Shown: in pieces, positions 39,861 through 53,383 of the stretch
Layout of the letters: each line of letters starts with the position of its first letter
How positions within the stretch are numbered: position 1 is the first letter of the stretch
From: Fimbriosthenelais zetlandica
Lineage: Eukaryota
DNA length: 64,000 nucleotides
Reading direction: 5' to 3'
Assembly (NCBI GenBank): GCA_977030845.1
Contig: OZ365110.1
Coordinates: 42,470,001-42,534,000 of the forward strand
The notes under the pieces: generated by a model
Seen by the model: the letters and a program-made list of their open reading frames with translations, nothing else
The model's database searches: none
Told to the model about the DNA's origin: nothing
Program-made: the position numbers and the translations under genes

Positions 39861-41162
39861 CCCCCGCACTTGTAAAGGCCCCACGACTGGACCGCATATA
39901 CTTAGCAATCATACCCATTAATGGCACGCGTCTGATATGTACATTCATTATCTATGCATATATATGGGAAGGACTACTATTATTCCATGGGTTTCTCGGT
40001 TTATTTTAGACCAATGATTATGTCTGGGTCACCGGTAGGGTGGTGATATATTAAAAGGCTCTATTATTCTAGTGAACGAGGCGAGATAATCAATGATAAA
40101 AGCTGGTTATTTCCATTATATATGAGGGTTATGATTCAGTATAGAGATCACAGGCGCGGCCTATTGAAGGGTGGGCTATAACTATATCATATATACTAGG
40201 ACTTCAGAGGTCAGTTGCTCGTGGAAAACATTTCACACAAGTTCTGGGTAATTGGATATGAAAATGTTCAAATCCAGCGACCTCTTCCGCCCGAGGAAAT
40301 CCACGGGTGATGAGGAGTTGATGTAATCTATCATTGGGATGACTTGATATAGGGGGTTGGAGAGTACAGAGTAGGCTGTGCAGGCTCCCCTTAACCCTCA
40401 CCACACTCTCTTACCAGTCCCGTAATCCATCTACTTTCTATATAAGAAAACACCAAAATATTCATGATATATCACATTTAATACAATTCATTTAGCGTGA
40501 ATTGTAAATAACTTCAAATAATATTTTTGGAGTTAAATGAGTTATTTATGGGTTTCCGCTAGTTTGATGTGTGGTTTTAGTGTTGGGGAGGCGGCAGTGT
40601 GAAGTAAGCGTGGAGAGGGTATAGGAGTACGAGTGGAGCCCTCGGGATGACAAGGGCGTTTAAATGTTTCATGTCACAGGGCTGGGTGACTTGGTGTAAC
40701 CTGTCTACCACTGAGCCTCTGATGACAGGTGTTCTATGCTGTTTTTGAGCCATGTCAAAATGTTCACCTGGGGCAGACCCCTGGCTTTTACAACCAGAAA
40801 CCCATATCATGTATACAACATTCAATTGCATTTAACCGTAATTGGCCCACACCCCATCTCTGAAACTTATATACACCTGGTTTATGACACCCACTAAACA
40901 TCGCCTATCTGGGGATGCGAGTTTACACCTATTTGGCACTTGATTAATTTCAAGTACTTTCCTGAAATTTAACTTCAAATCATCAATTTATTTTAAATAC
41001 ATTTTTAAGATGATTTTTAAAAGACAAAAACATGAAAAAAAACTAATTAGAATCATAATGCCAGAAATGATATTTCTTTTTTTGTAATATTTAAATAAAT
41101 TAAATTCAGAAGATAGTTGAGGTATTTAGGGTTTGGCCTTTGAACCCGGTACTAAGCCCTGT

Positions 41163-41265
41163 ACAAGGTGATGAAGTTAAACTAGTAGGGGTTTGAGTGT
41201 TATATATTTTTTTATTCTAGTGTAACTTTTTGGACTCTTATACACCCTTCATCAGCCCACCTAGT
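41163..41265 (-). ncRNA. Degenerate type I hammerhead ribozyme (probably inactive)
   Basis: Minus strand: actaggtggg CTGATGA agggtgtataagagtcc [A]AAA agttacactag (31-nt loop) ctagtttaact TC atcaccttgt. Stem III 11/12 pairs, stem I 8/10 pairs, UUC cleavage triplet, stem II weakened. Catalytic G12 (41231) is A, in a CpG-to-TpG context. Confidence 0.65.
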
Positions 41266-41445
41266 TCTTGGCTTTGATGAAGTTTCCAGCAGACCGCCTC
41301 AGTACAATACATTGATGTATGCCTCTCAGAACAGTCCACTCCAAATGTGCTCTACATGTTTCTGCACTTGAAAACCACCTCTTCTAAAGAGTCTTTTATT
41401 ATGAAAAAAAAATCCAAGGGCGTCTGGTGTTTTCTTCTTGTCGGA
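41163..41445 (-). mobile_element. Probable decayed 3' end of a Penelope-like retroelement
   Basis: The hammerhead above is preceded on the same strand by a short frame ending ...DALGFFFHNKRLFRRGGFQVQKHVEHIWSGLF* (stop 41328-41326). By eye this resembles the C-terminal EA..I....LNR.GG....HIW..L* tail of Penelope GIY-YIG ORFs; not verified by a search. Confidence 0.45.
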
Positions 41446-44020
41446 CCCTAGACAAGACAAGGGAGGGGGCTTGTATACATTTTTATGTATACGTTGAAAT
41501 AGTATAATACATAGCCTTGTGTTAGCCTTACAATTAGGACCAGCTTTTAAAATTTAAAAATGTTTTTGTAATAATTAATGTAATTTACCAATCCCGTAAA
41601 TAAATATTTTTAAGTTTAAACTAGGGTTTGCAGGGCCTCCGAAGAAGAAAGCCTAAACGTCCATGTGGGTGCTAAGTTGTTATTGGAGATTTTAAGTAGA
41701 GCTAGTGCCTGGAGATAGTCATTTGTTTATTTATTGTTAGGTAGGAAAGATTCACTCTGTTTACAAGAGACCAGGTTGACTCGGAGCTAATTCCAGCTAT
41801 CTTGTGTATTTAAGCCGGATGTATGCCGGCCTGTTAGTCCATATAACCTAATGTGTACCTATAAGATTTAACCCGTCCAGATAATATATCAACCTTCTCC
41901 CAAGAGCTTGTATTCAAGGGATTGCTGCATCAAAGTGGAAACGATACCCCTAGCAAATCTATCAGCCAATGTATTGATTTCAAGCTCTGCCTTTCCACTT
42001 ATTAGACCAAAGTTTGGCAGCCCAGTCACAGCGGTGCAATAAATTATACATAATTTGAATTCTGGCCATTTGAAGATTGAAGCTTATTGGGGAATTTTTA
42101 TGACCAGGTTTTATGGACTTCACTTTATAACCCCTTGTCCCCCCTCTCACTCAATGTGCACTATGAATAATTAGAATATTCCAATGTGAGAGCCTCTCTG
42201 AGAGTCTCACTCGGCGAGGCAGTATGAAATTAACTTGTCAAATATCATAACCCGTCCCACACTCTGCAGTACTATTCGTATTATTGCACAGGCAGATGTT
42301 TCCTGTTTTATCGCATTTATTCATTGAACTGCTTTCAAATGGTCATAGATAAGTTTGCCATCCTCACCCTCCTTCCCCGAAAAATCATATTTCCCCTCAC
42401 AGTACCTGAGGCCAAAACTGTGCCTATATATTGAGAGATTTTTCCTCTTTACAATAGCTTGAATGTCTGTTGGATTGAAAGGTTAATATTTAGTGTAATA
42501 ACCTTTTTTTTTTTTTAAAGTTGACCTAAGTTTGGTCAGTGTGAGTAGAAACATGAGTGCTTTTTTTTTTGCCTGACTGATAACCAAAAGGTCAGTGTTT
42601 TAGTCACATTCAAGTCGTTAGAGGACTCATGAATCATCATAATATTCTGCATGAATGCAATTCATATCATTAAGGGTTAATGGCGTTCATTCTGATAATT
42701 GCTGATTTTCATAAAGGCTATAAAACTTTGGTGAATTTATATGAATATATTTATGCAGGCAAGTTCCAGGACTTCATGAAGGCACCAGTTATTATGAAAG
42801 TAACCAAATCATTTTGATATGTATTTCAACCCGCATAAAATGGCTGTAATCTCTTTGAATATGTGTCAGTCTATAAGATATTTCCCCCCTATTCATTTGG
42901 AACCAGTTTGCAGGCCTTTGTTGTGTATGTTTGGAGGATATTTGCTATGTTCACATGGTTTAAGCCTAGCACAGCTTACATGGGGATTTTAGCGGGGTCA
43001 AGCAAGTTTTGTTCACTATAATGGGATCGACAGGGGTCAACGTCAGCCCCCTTCCTCTCTCCCCCTTCCTCCTCGCCTGGCGCCTCAGTTATAGAGCCTA
43101 CATTTCCGGCGCGGGCTGTTGAAGTGTAAATTAATGTTCATAATTAATGCTATGCATGGGGGCATAGGAGACCATTGTCTAGTGCCGCGAATCACAGTAG
43201 GGGGCAGGTCTAATATTAATCTCGCCGGCTAAAAATTTAATCTCATGGTCGCGGGGTTGAAATGGTGGCTTGACACGGATATGGGGGATGCATATTTTGG
43301 CTATTTCCAAGACAACTAACTGCCTATCTCTTTTTATGATTATTAATTTTTTTTATAGGCTTTGTCACTTTTTGGCTGTTTCATTGCCTTTTCCTTTTAA
43401 AAGTACATTTTTCGTGATAATCTCATGCGGTTTTCTCGTCATTTCCTTACTTTTCCTCGTGTAAATTTATACCAGTGCCATATTTTTCTTTTTCTTTTTT
43501 TCCCCAGAAGAAAGGCAGCCAAGTCTCTCCTTTTAATTGAGATAAGGCTGAGAGTTTGTTAAACAAAGGCCTTGTTCTTGGCGAGTACACTGGTCAAAAG
43601 TACTTTGTGTACCAGCAAGCTCCCCCTGCCTGCCTCCGGCCATCTCAATAATGCTTCATTAATTATTACTGGTTTTATCTAAGAAAAGCAATATGGGTCG
43701 TGTTTGTCTTGGTCCAGTCCATACTGCCTCTGTTTGTTCAGTTGAAGTGTAAATTAAAAGGCACTGGGCATGTAGGCTGGAGATATGTTGATTGCTTAAT
43801 AAGGCTGCGAACGCCCGCCACCGCCCTGATAATTGTACTAATATTATATTCCCTTCAGTACGTTATAGCTCGTTAGTACATTGTACTTTCTACCTACCCT
43901 AGTAACCTTCACTTAGCATGGCCGTTAGATGAAACTCATTCGGATTCAGGAGAATTTCCTAATCAGCATATAATTCGACATGATTTGTAATAAGCACACA
44001 TGACTGGACATTTTATTACC

Positions 44021-44034
44021 GTTGCCATGGCAAC
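44021..44034. promoter_or_regulatory. Perfect palindromic RFX X-box (GTTGCCATGGCAAC)
   Basis: Exact 14-bp palindrome matching the canonical RFX consensus. Confidence 0.7.
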
Positions 44035-44426
44035 TGGCAGAGTGAATAAGGTGGTCAAGGGGAGGGAGTTTGCTTTTATCTACTCAAGCCCGAGTATGTC
44101 AGGCAAGTCTGGATTGATCATGTCGGCTCTTAAGTAAAGGCATTAGAAGTGTTCCCCAAAGATGAAATTTTATACCTTCGCCTTTAAAATCCCCATGATA
44201 TTTGGGTCAAAAAACGGTCCCCGCGCACTGCCTGGTCCAGTCCTTGATTTTCATAATATTGTGGAGACTTGTATTGTCATGATAAGAATCCATGATTTAA
44301 TATCAGAAGGAATATTTCTTGTGCTGAATTTAACCAGGTATATCCGCAGGCATGATTGATGCCCTGATCATGGGTCCAGTGTCTAATAGATGTGAATCTC
44401 ACCTGATATGGATAGCCCTAACCCTG

Positions 44427-44575
44427 ACTTACCAGCCGGGATTTTTAACAGGGTTTGCATCTCGATATGCGCTGCATACAGTATTAGTATTATATAGGGC
44501 TGGCCTGGTCTGGATCCCAAACCCTAAATAAAAACGAGGGTAAATAACCCTCACAACCCCCGCACTGCCCCCGCT
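44427..44575 (-). promoter_or_regulatory. Candidate TATA/Inr promoter with 36-nt first exon and GTAAGT donor
   Basis: Minus strand: two GCGGGGG boxes (44574-44568, 44563-44557), TATATAAT starting at 44496, CA dinucleotide ~28 nt downstream (44469-44468), then CTG|GTAAGT at 44432-44427. Confidence 0.35.
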
Positions 44576-47500
44576 TCTGTCCTCTTATCGTATTTCTTCC
44601 GGTCAGCTGGTAAGATCAGACAAAAAAGTGGGCCATGCTATCTTAGCGCAATCAGAAAATTTAAAAGATGCACTCAGCGTTGGCATGGGTCCATGGTTAT
44701 TGAATGAGATTTATGGGGGATCTGTGAATGGGTGGGGGTTAGGTGGAGGTGGGGGCTCGTCCAGAGGCACTACTGGCTGCAGGGTGGATTGGGGGATGGG
44801 GTGGAAAAGGATTGAAAAAGGGGGTGATAGGGAGAGAGATGGGGGCGCGTGGAGGTTAGAGGGGGAGGGTGGTAGCGTGTGAGATAGGTGGGTCAGAGTG
44901 GAGTGGAGATTTTCACTGGCTTATTGGCATAATGCTCTATACTACTAGTAGCACTATACAGACCAGTCTGTCCCAGTTGCTCACTCAAAATATATTATTC
45001 ATAATTAACTAAGCTTAGCTGCCAGGAAAAGCTAAAAACCCATGCACCCATTGCTCTGATTTCCACACAGGTGTATCCATCCTAAGGAACTTGTTTAAAG
45101 GTTAGCCCAGCGTAAAGTGCAGGCGGCTTTTCACTCTGTGTTTGGAGGTTGGCTTTTTTTCTCTCAAGTTCTTTAGTGCATTGAGTACGGTAATGTACTA
45201 GATAACTCCATTTAAACACGGATGACTGTATCGGCAAGCAAGATGCCAGATGATGCAGCTGAGGGGTTTGACTTTATTTGGACTGATCACCAGCGAGCTA
45301 TTTTCGTTTCAACGGTTCATGGTCATCAATCACCATTGACTAAATCCCTTCCTCCCATTGTCAATATTTATTTATCCTTCTTTGATAATTCTCCGTGTAA
45401 TTCCATCATTTTTTTTGTTTAGCTAGGACTGTTTTTTGTCTTAATGGTAAAATATTTGCTGTGAATAATTCTTTAAAATGCTAATATATTTCTGGTGCAG
45501 ATGCAGTTTTATTGTCTTCTTGGTAAGATATTTATTATGAATAATAATTATCCGGTTAATTTCCATTAAAAAAATCCAACTGTAGATTATTTTACTTCTT
45601 GATAGAATATTTACAGTGAATTGTAATCCTTTAAACTAATGCACATGTATGCATATTTCTGTTTCATCTCCCGATCTGACTTTTTGAACCGGTGAAATTG
45701 GAGGAAAATGTAATTTCAGTTAATTCTTTTGAGGTTGTAGATTATAGAGGCAAGATTGAATTTGATAAGGGAAGGCCAAAGGGAAATCCAATCCACTTAT
45801 AGAATGAGTCTTTCAAGAAAAAAAAATGAAATAGAATTTTGCTTTAAATGTAGCATATGGCAGTAAGATAATATGATCAGCGACTTGAGATGTAGATTCA
45901 GCTGGCCGGCCTTTTTACCTGCTGCCATGTTTTAAACAAGACTAGGCTCTTATTTAATGGAACCTCTTTAATGAAACAAATAAGATTATATTGAGGCTTA
46001 TTTGATTTCCATAATCCTATGAAAACTAGGTCTGTAGATTATTGGAATAATTCCCAAACAGATTAGATATCCTAAGTCTTTGCATGTGTATCATCAGTCT
46101 GTATAGGTTCCATAATGAGTCTATGTAAGAAGATTAATGCCCCAAACAAAATGCACAAAAGGGACTTTTATATGTGTGTGGGGAACACAGGGGAGTTCCA
46201 TCTGAAATGCTACTAATGGGCGGCTGTGTGTATTAAATTTTCAATTTGAGCAATGTCATTGTGATATTAAACATAGGGGACATGCATGGAGGGCGCTTTG
46301 TGGAAACATCTCAGGATTACGTCCGAGTATCTTAAACTCATCCGCTGATCGCATCATCGTCTTAGTATATAATGCCTTAGGGCGAAAGAAAACATCCTTT
46401 TAGAAATTCTATATCCAATAAAGAAGGCTTCATTTAAATCCCACTCGGAGCTGGGGGAAAGGGGCATGTTGTGGGATTTTAATGCTCTTTCTTACCCGGA
46501 TAAAGGATCGACGGTAGAAAGTTCCCCCTTTTTCTGCCATACCCGGGGAGGGTGGTGAAGAAAAAGATGCGCCTTCTCCTCCCTTTATCTTTTTCACCAT
46601 GACTCATTCATCTAAATGCTGAATCCATGACCATCGCCAATAAAATAATAACTTGAAGATAAAGCTGAAATTTTGAGGCTTTATCTCTGGCTTAATGTAA
46701 TACACGATAAGGATTTATTATCGGTTTGTTATTACATGAAAGCTGTGGGAGATTTGTTTGTACCGGCCATACATTGATCCCTCTCGAGTCGGGTGTATTA
46801 CATAACATTACGCAATATTTTTCCTCACTTCATGAATGTCTAATCGCACCGTGTCATCCACGTATCGGAAATTATTACCCATATCTCTTGACAGTCACGT
46901 CCGATTGGCATATTTGAAATTAACTAGGTAACAGATTGCTTCATTCCCAACGGTTATGTAAGACCGCGTCTAAACCTATCTGTATGTCATGAGCGGGATG
47001 CTTGAGTTGCTCCTGTGACTTGGAAATCTCTTTCTTTTCCTCCATATTGAAGCTTTTTTAAATTACAGTCCGAGTGTTCCCTGTATAGAAAATTCACTTG
47101 TGATGTGTCAAAGCCAGTGGGGGGTTTAGGATCACAAAGGCTTTTTTCCCCTCGCCATGATTACAGATCTGCTCTATTCCCTCACACACCGGGCCCACAG
47201 CCCGCCCCCAAAAGATCTTAACACGTGACAATATGGATTTCATATGGAACTGACACAGTGACCCCGGGCCTCGGGCACTGAGGTTTAATAAAAATGAACA
47301 TCATTTTTCATTGACCATTGTAATGTATGCGACCTAGTTACATGGCTTGCCTATATTAACCCGCTGATGACCTGAACTAGGTGGGCGCGTGGAGGGGGGA
47401 TGGAGGCGCGCCGCGCGCGAGTGCATGTTGGAAAATGCACTGTACTGTACAACCTCCAAATCTCCACCCCCTCCCTACCCCAGGGGGCACTTGGAATCTT

Positions 47501-48967
47501 ATTGAATTCGCTAGTGGATATTAATTTTCGATGGAGAATGATATTTTTTACTAGATGATGGGCCAATAGAGAAAAATGACAGATCAATTGAGAAAAATAG
47601 ATATAAAGATAAATTAATATAGAAGAAATAATATAATAAAATAAGTACATTGATTAGTTAATAATGATTTAATCTCGTGATTTTGGATGTTAGAAAAGCT
47701 GTATTGTCCCTAAGGAAAAATCATATGATCTGTATGGAGAAAATATCTATAATAGTTATAATAGTTACTTTTTATACATGTAAAGTTTTGTGGTAAAAAA
47801 AATATGTTAAACCTCATTAAAAAGCATTTCTTAAGATGAAATTGTTTCGACACAAACCTAAAAAAAAATAAATTCTGAGTGCCCCTTCCTTATCTCACCC
47901 TCTCCCAACTACTGTAATCATCATCACTATCACCCTCATGATGTCTACCCCCTCCTACCCGCACCCTACCCCATTCCCCCCCTCCCCCTCAACACTGGGG
48001 GTATGAATGAAATGTAGCCATGAATGAAGCCATGTTACGCCATCCCACTATAAGTGTATGCATGCTAGTGCACCCACACAACACACATACCCCCGCCCCA
48101 CCCTCCGGCTTCCTCTCTGCATGCACACACGCATGCATGCCACCCTATGTGTGACGCATTCCTCAGTGCACTCCCTAAAGTCTTGGAACCCATTTTCCTT
48201 GATCCCTCCATGAACTGGCTCATGATCATAATTGGCCCACCACTGAGATGGGCTTTTTTTAAGACAAAGCATTCCATCCGACCTCCCCCGAGCTTTCAAT
48301 GGCATTTGCTCAATTTGATTTATGTTTTATGTTGAAACATTTAACTCCCTCTGAGTGAAAAAAAACTCCTGACTGAACAGAACAAGGCAAATTCCATGAT
48401 TATTTAATGATTTCAAATTAAGCTGAATGATTCCCGTTGTGGGGGTTTAATCAGTTGATTTTTTGTTTGTTTTTTTTTCATTTCTCCTGATTTCACACCC
48501 CAAAATCTGCCGGGAGTTCAATCGGTTGCCCGCCCATCCCGTTTGTATTAATTTTTAGCGAGTGAAGTAGGCCTCTTGGGGAACTGCTCTGATCACAATC
48601 TGAAAAGGCAGTCAAGTAGAAACTAGGCGGCAGATAGTGAACAAAACGACTGTGACAGCAACACGTCCAACATTGGCCTCGTCCCCGAGTGAAATCCCAC
48701 AAGTTTACTGGGTCGTCATGCGAGCGTAATTAAAATTACAACATGGAAACAGAGAATCTTTGGAGGGATGGCCTAATCAATGGTCGTAGTGGGGGTTCCG
48801 TGGGCAGGTGGGGCACATAACTAACGAAGCTCTGATTGCGAATTATACGACCGCCAGCCCGACTTAAACCAATAACCAAGTTGGCCAACACGAAGCCATG
48901 AATGAAGGGTACGCGTGCTGGAAAAAAATGAGAGTGAATAAATGAGGGTGTGTGTGTAGGGGTTCCA

Positions 48968-49270
48968 GGTGGGGTGGGGGTTTGGGGGGGGGGGGGGGGG
49001 GGGGGGTGAGATGACATCACAAGACATGAATGGAAGGGGACAGTTATGACGTAGCTATTGTAACTATGAATGAATCTGCTGGTGGTGTGCTGGGATAGCA
49101 CTAGTTTCCCCCGCCAATCAATATTTGCGTTCGTTCGCATAAGGTTCCGCAACCTCAGTGTGGAAACTGGAAAAGTGGGTTGGAAATGAATGGGATCGGG
49201 TGTGTACGATGGCAGGGGGGGGGGGGATGGAAAAAGTGTATGGGTGGGGATGGGGGGTTGGGGAGTGAGG
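48968..49270 (+). repeat. G-rich low-complexity block with a G23 run (48984-49006); G-quadruplex-prone
   Basis: Multiple G4+ runs with short loops, read directly. Confidence 0.85.
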
Positions 49271-52200
49271 ATTGGGGGATGAGAGGAAGAGGGGGTTTGT
49301 AACCAGGAGAGAATATGAGGTGCTTTAGACACTGCCTCTGGGACTAGGTCATCATGATTAGAAGGCAAGGTAAGCTTGGAATGAGGTCATCTTTTTTCGG
49401 GGAATTAAAAATACATAAAGCACATCTCGCTCTTCCTTTCTCCCTCCCAGTCACTCACCCATGTGTAATTCTGAGTGGAAACTTGCTTATTCTCCTCACT
49501 CGCTCACAAAGCTGTTGCCTTTTGCCTATAAATCAAAAAAGCTTTATAAAATCGTTCATGTGAAGAAAGCGGGAAGCATTATCATTAAGAGAGGGGTTAT
49601 ATTGCCCACTCCAAACCCGAGGTGACTCAGCGCTGGTCAAAAGGAAGTAGTGTATCAAATATTGAATTTGGAGCACTCGTTATTTGGCTCGGGGAATTCA
49701 GTGGTGAAGCCAGGCAGGCCATGGGATTCGCAGTGGGATTCCACCATGGAAAAGTAATTCAAAGAAAATAGAATGCACTCTTTGGATCCCCTCTCCCTAT
49801 ATCAACATCAGTCCCACATTGTATTGGTTTCAGACGAATGAATCATTCAAATCCCAACTTCACTCCCATTGTCAACAACAAACCACTTGTGTTTGAAGAG
49901 ACTTTTCTGTTTTTCCTCGACTTGACCAAGTTAAAAGTGAAATAATGTTGACAGAGTTAAATGGGAAAAATGGGTGTTTTGGGGGTTGAGACTGACATAT
50001 GGTGTGTGCATGGAGGGGATATATGTAATAATTTAGTGAGTATAGAATGTATTGGCCATCTGTATAACTCACCCTATATGCTTTCCATGTCATCCCGAGG
50101 TGGCCAAACCTCCAGTTACCACTAGGGATTCACCGACATTTTATTTCGGGTTTTGTTGGCATTGTACAAGTATTTACAATATCAACAATACATTTCCACC
50201 TGCCCACTGTCACTGTTTATTTTTGGACAGAGCATCAGGCCTATTCGAAGAAGGGAGAGAATGGATCTTACCTCAGCAAACTAAAGAATACACAATCTAA
50301 GCTCATTATCCCTCCGCAAATACTGTTGTCTCTTTAAGAAAGTTCCTATAGAAAGTTACTGGCCGCCCAAGGATGTGAGTTTTAAAATTTTCTGCCACTC
50401 GGAAAGGAAGAAAAATATAAAGGAGATGGGGTGCATGTTTAATCTATGCCAAAGCCCAGCTGTTTTCAGTGCAGTGTGGCATCAATCAAATATCCAAATC
50501 CATGCCTGCAGGCGCTGCTAAAGCCTCCTCCGAGATTCGTGTCTTTGTTTTTTCAGCCCCTTAAATGTGATCAGTAAAAAGAAAATAATATCTCAGTTGA
50601 AATGAAGGAAATTCTCCAAGGAAAGCAAAGGTCTGTTGGTGGAGGGGGATTGGACGAGGATGGCAACTTATAGAGAGACAGAGAGAGAGAGAGGGGGGTA
50701 GGGGACTGAGGATGGTCGGCGGGTGGGTGGTGGGGGGGGGGGGGTTAAAGTTTGTCTGGTGGGGGACATGGACCCAGCCACATTGGAGCTGAAATTTGAA
50801 TTTTGAAGAAACTTTTTTTTTCTTTTTTTCTTTTTTTCCAAAAATTGTAGCAGGGGGTTGGGGACACAAGCTCAAACCCACCTCTGGATCGGCCACTGCA
50901 GAGTGAGGGAAAGAAGTGGAAAGGGACATGGGGGGAGTTAGTGGCTCAGGGAGCGAGGGAGAGGCAAGGATAGAAGGGCCTTTTGATCATCATGTGGCAT
51001 TAATTTTCACTCATATTGTGGTGACGTAGACACGAGCAAATTAAATACAGGGATTAAATACTTATTGAAGGGGAATAATGTTCTGTTTGGCCGCCGCAGG
51101 GAGGTCCACAATACTGCAGGGACTTCGTGCCGCTTCTTAAATCTATCAATTTACCTCTCACTATCTTCATAAGCATCCTTCCATTCTTTTTCTCCTTTTT
51201 CACGCCCGTGTAAAGCAGGGGAAAAAAGTAAGGGCGCTAATTGTTGCGTGCCTCCGAGGCAATTATGGTTACCCACCGCTTTGCTGTTTCATAAAATAGA
51301 GCCGTATCGGCAGCCAGAGTGAGTTTAATGGGAGTTGTGTGATTTTTTTTGTAAATTAAATTTATCAGTCATGTAATGCATGGGGGAGTGTTGTGGCGAG
51401 GTTTAATGTGTATAAATGACACATCATGCCTCTCCCCGCCACCCTCCTATAAAGCCCCATTTCACAGATTGTGTTTTCAAGATGGGATCCATGGGGGTGT
51501 TGAAAGAGAATGAGAGAGATGGAGAGAGTGGAAAAAAAAGTCATGCAAAGGGAGGATTCAATGTTGGGGCCTTATCAGCGAATGATAATATTTACTCGTC
51601 TCTGTGAAAACACCAGGAGAAGAGCGCCAAGTGGAATTATCAATCTCCTTTCTTCTGTCTTCATGTGAAAGGCGCTCCATTAAAGTTTCTATTGAGGGAT
51701 GATTTGAGGTCTGTGTGGTGGTATGTATATGGTGGGATGGGGTGGGGTCCGGGGCCCGCTCCCCAGCCACAGCCCTGTGAACACAGTACGTTGACAAAAC
51801 TTATGATAAGTAAACACTCGGGAGGCAGTGGATAGGCCTCACTAGCCTGGTGTCGTTTATCAGAGCCTAGGCTACACTGATATGACTGCTGATATGAAAT
51901 CATCTTCTATCTCTGCAGCCCAGATAGATCAGGCTGGAATAAACAGACAAGTCCATCCATTAATGTGGAAAAAACATTGCCCTCCTCTACCGTGGTCATT
52001 CGATACCCACATCTCTTTTCTCTTATCGCCAGTATTCTCTTAATGTGCTTTATCAATTGTATTGTGTTGTATAATTGCCAGCAATATCCAGCGCTGTTTA
52101 CGTCGCCAGATATTGAATGATTCCCCCATGCCCTCTCAGGTTGAAAAATGGTGGGTGACTTGATTTTGAAGATGAATGGACATCAATGATAAATTGCTTG

Positions 52201-53213
52201 ATTATCGTTCACATGAAAATTGACATGGAATTAATCAAAATCATGTTGATTAGATGTCGTTCCCGTGTATCATATATCATTGGAAACGGGTTTTCTATAC
52301 ATGTAATCAGCAGGGAGTTTCATAAAATGCGCGCCAATTTTTTATATAGACTTACAGTATTGACAAGCATCTTGTACAAAAAAAGTGTCCCTCCTGGCTC
52401 ATTTAATTAAGAATAAAATGGACTGGAATTGCTACTCCTCCTATGCTGCATCTATAGATAATGAAGTATTGGGACATTTCTATTGTATAATATATAGTAT
52501 TTTTCCAGCCCATTATCTGGAATACATATGTATATTGCTGAGTAGGGGCTAGAAGTTGTCTCCACAATGGCTGTGAGTCTCATTCTCTGGCCGTCCAATC
52601 TATATGTGGCGAAGATTTGGTGGAGGACAAGCGGCCAGAGATATTTGGATTAATCCACGGGTGAAAGGGCCCACCCTAGGCAGATTGGAGAATTAAGTAG
52701 CCGAAAATGCGCTTGAAATCAAATAATCGATGATACTGTGGCGGTCGATCGGGCGCTTGGATGGCAGGGCTGCCCTCAGAGGCCGTTCAATTGTTAGAGC
52801 ATTGGGGGCTTGTGTGAGAGAAGCGCTTTTGATGGTTTTATAGGACATGGGGCATGTTGGAGACAGGTCTATTGTGCGGGGGTGAAGGAACGCGCCTGAG
52901 AACACAGCTACTTGTGTTTCTTTGTCAGTGTGAGGTTTCCATGTAACCCTTCTCTCTGTTGAAATTCCTCACACGGAAATAGACCATGTTGACTTACTGC
53001 CGGCCCAGGCATTGTTACAGACATGTGGCTTCCAATGTCAGATATGAAAATCTTCAAGATCATTTTGAAAAGGCCTCTTTTGGCCTACTTTCTTAGTGTG
53101 CAAATACAGAGGCAATCTCTGCTCTTTCTGATTCAACATGCTGCCTTCAGTTTACCTTGTAGTCACTTTCTTAGTATCTTTTTAATCGGTTTATGACATC
53201 TGATACAAAAAGC

Positions 53214-53383
53214 TTCCCTTTGCAAAATTCTGATACATTTTTCACACACCTTTTTGATATAATTTCATATATTGATTCCCTTTCCAAATCTCTGATACAT
53301 TTCTCATCCACCTTTTTGATATAATTTCATAATTTCCTTTCCTTTCCAAATGTCTGATACCTTTTTGATAATTTCATAGTTTG
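53214..53383 (+). repeat. ~62-bp minisatellite, ~2.7 diverged copies
   Basis: Unit TTCCCTTT(G/C)CAAA..CTGATACATTT.TCA..CACCTTTTTGATATAATTTCATA; copies start near 53214, 53276 and 53338, the third internally deleted. Confidence 0.85.

Noticed and set aside
41640-42060. Minus frame INTLADRFARG resembling LINE RNase H (GNE.AD..A)
   Set aside because: Single short motif in a frame with multiple stops and no other RNase H or RT motifs.
48736-49368. 210-aa minus-strand ORF
   Set aside because: Pro-rich product is generated by G homopolymer runs; no domain or splice support.
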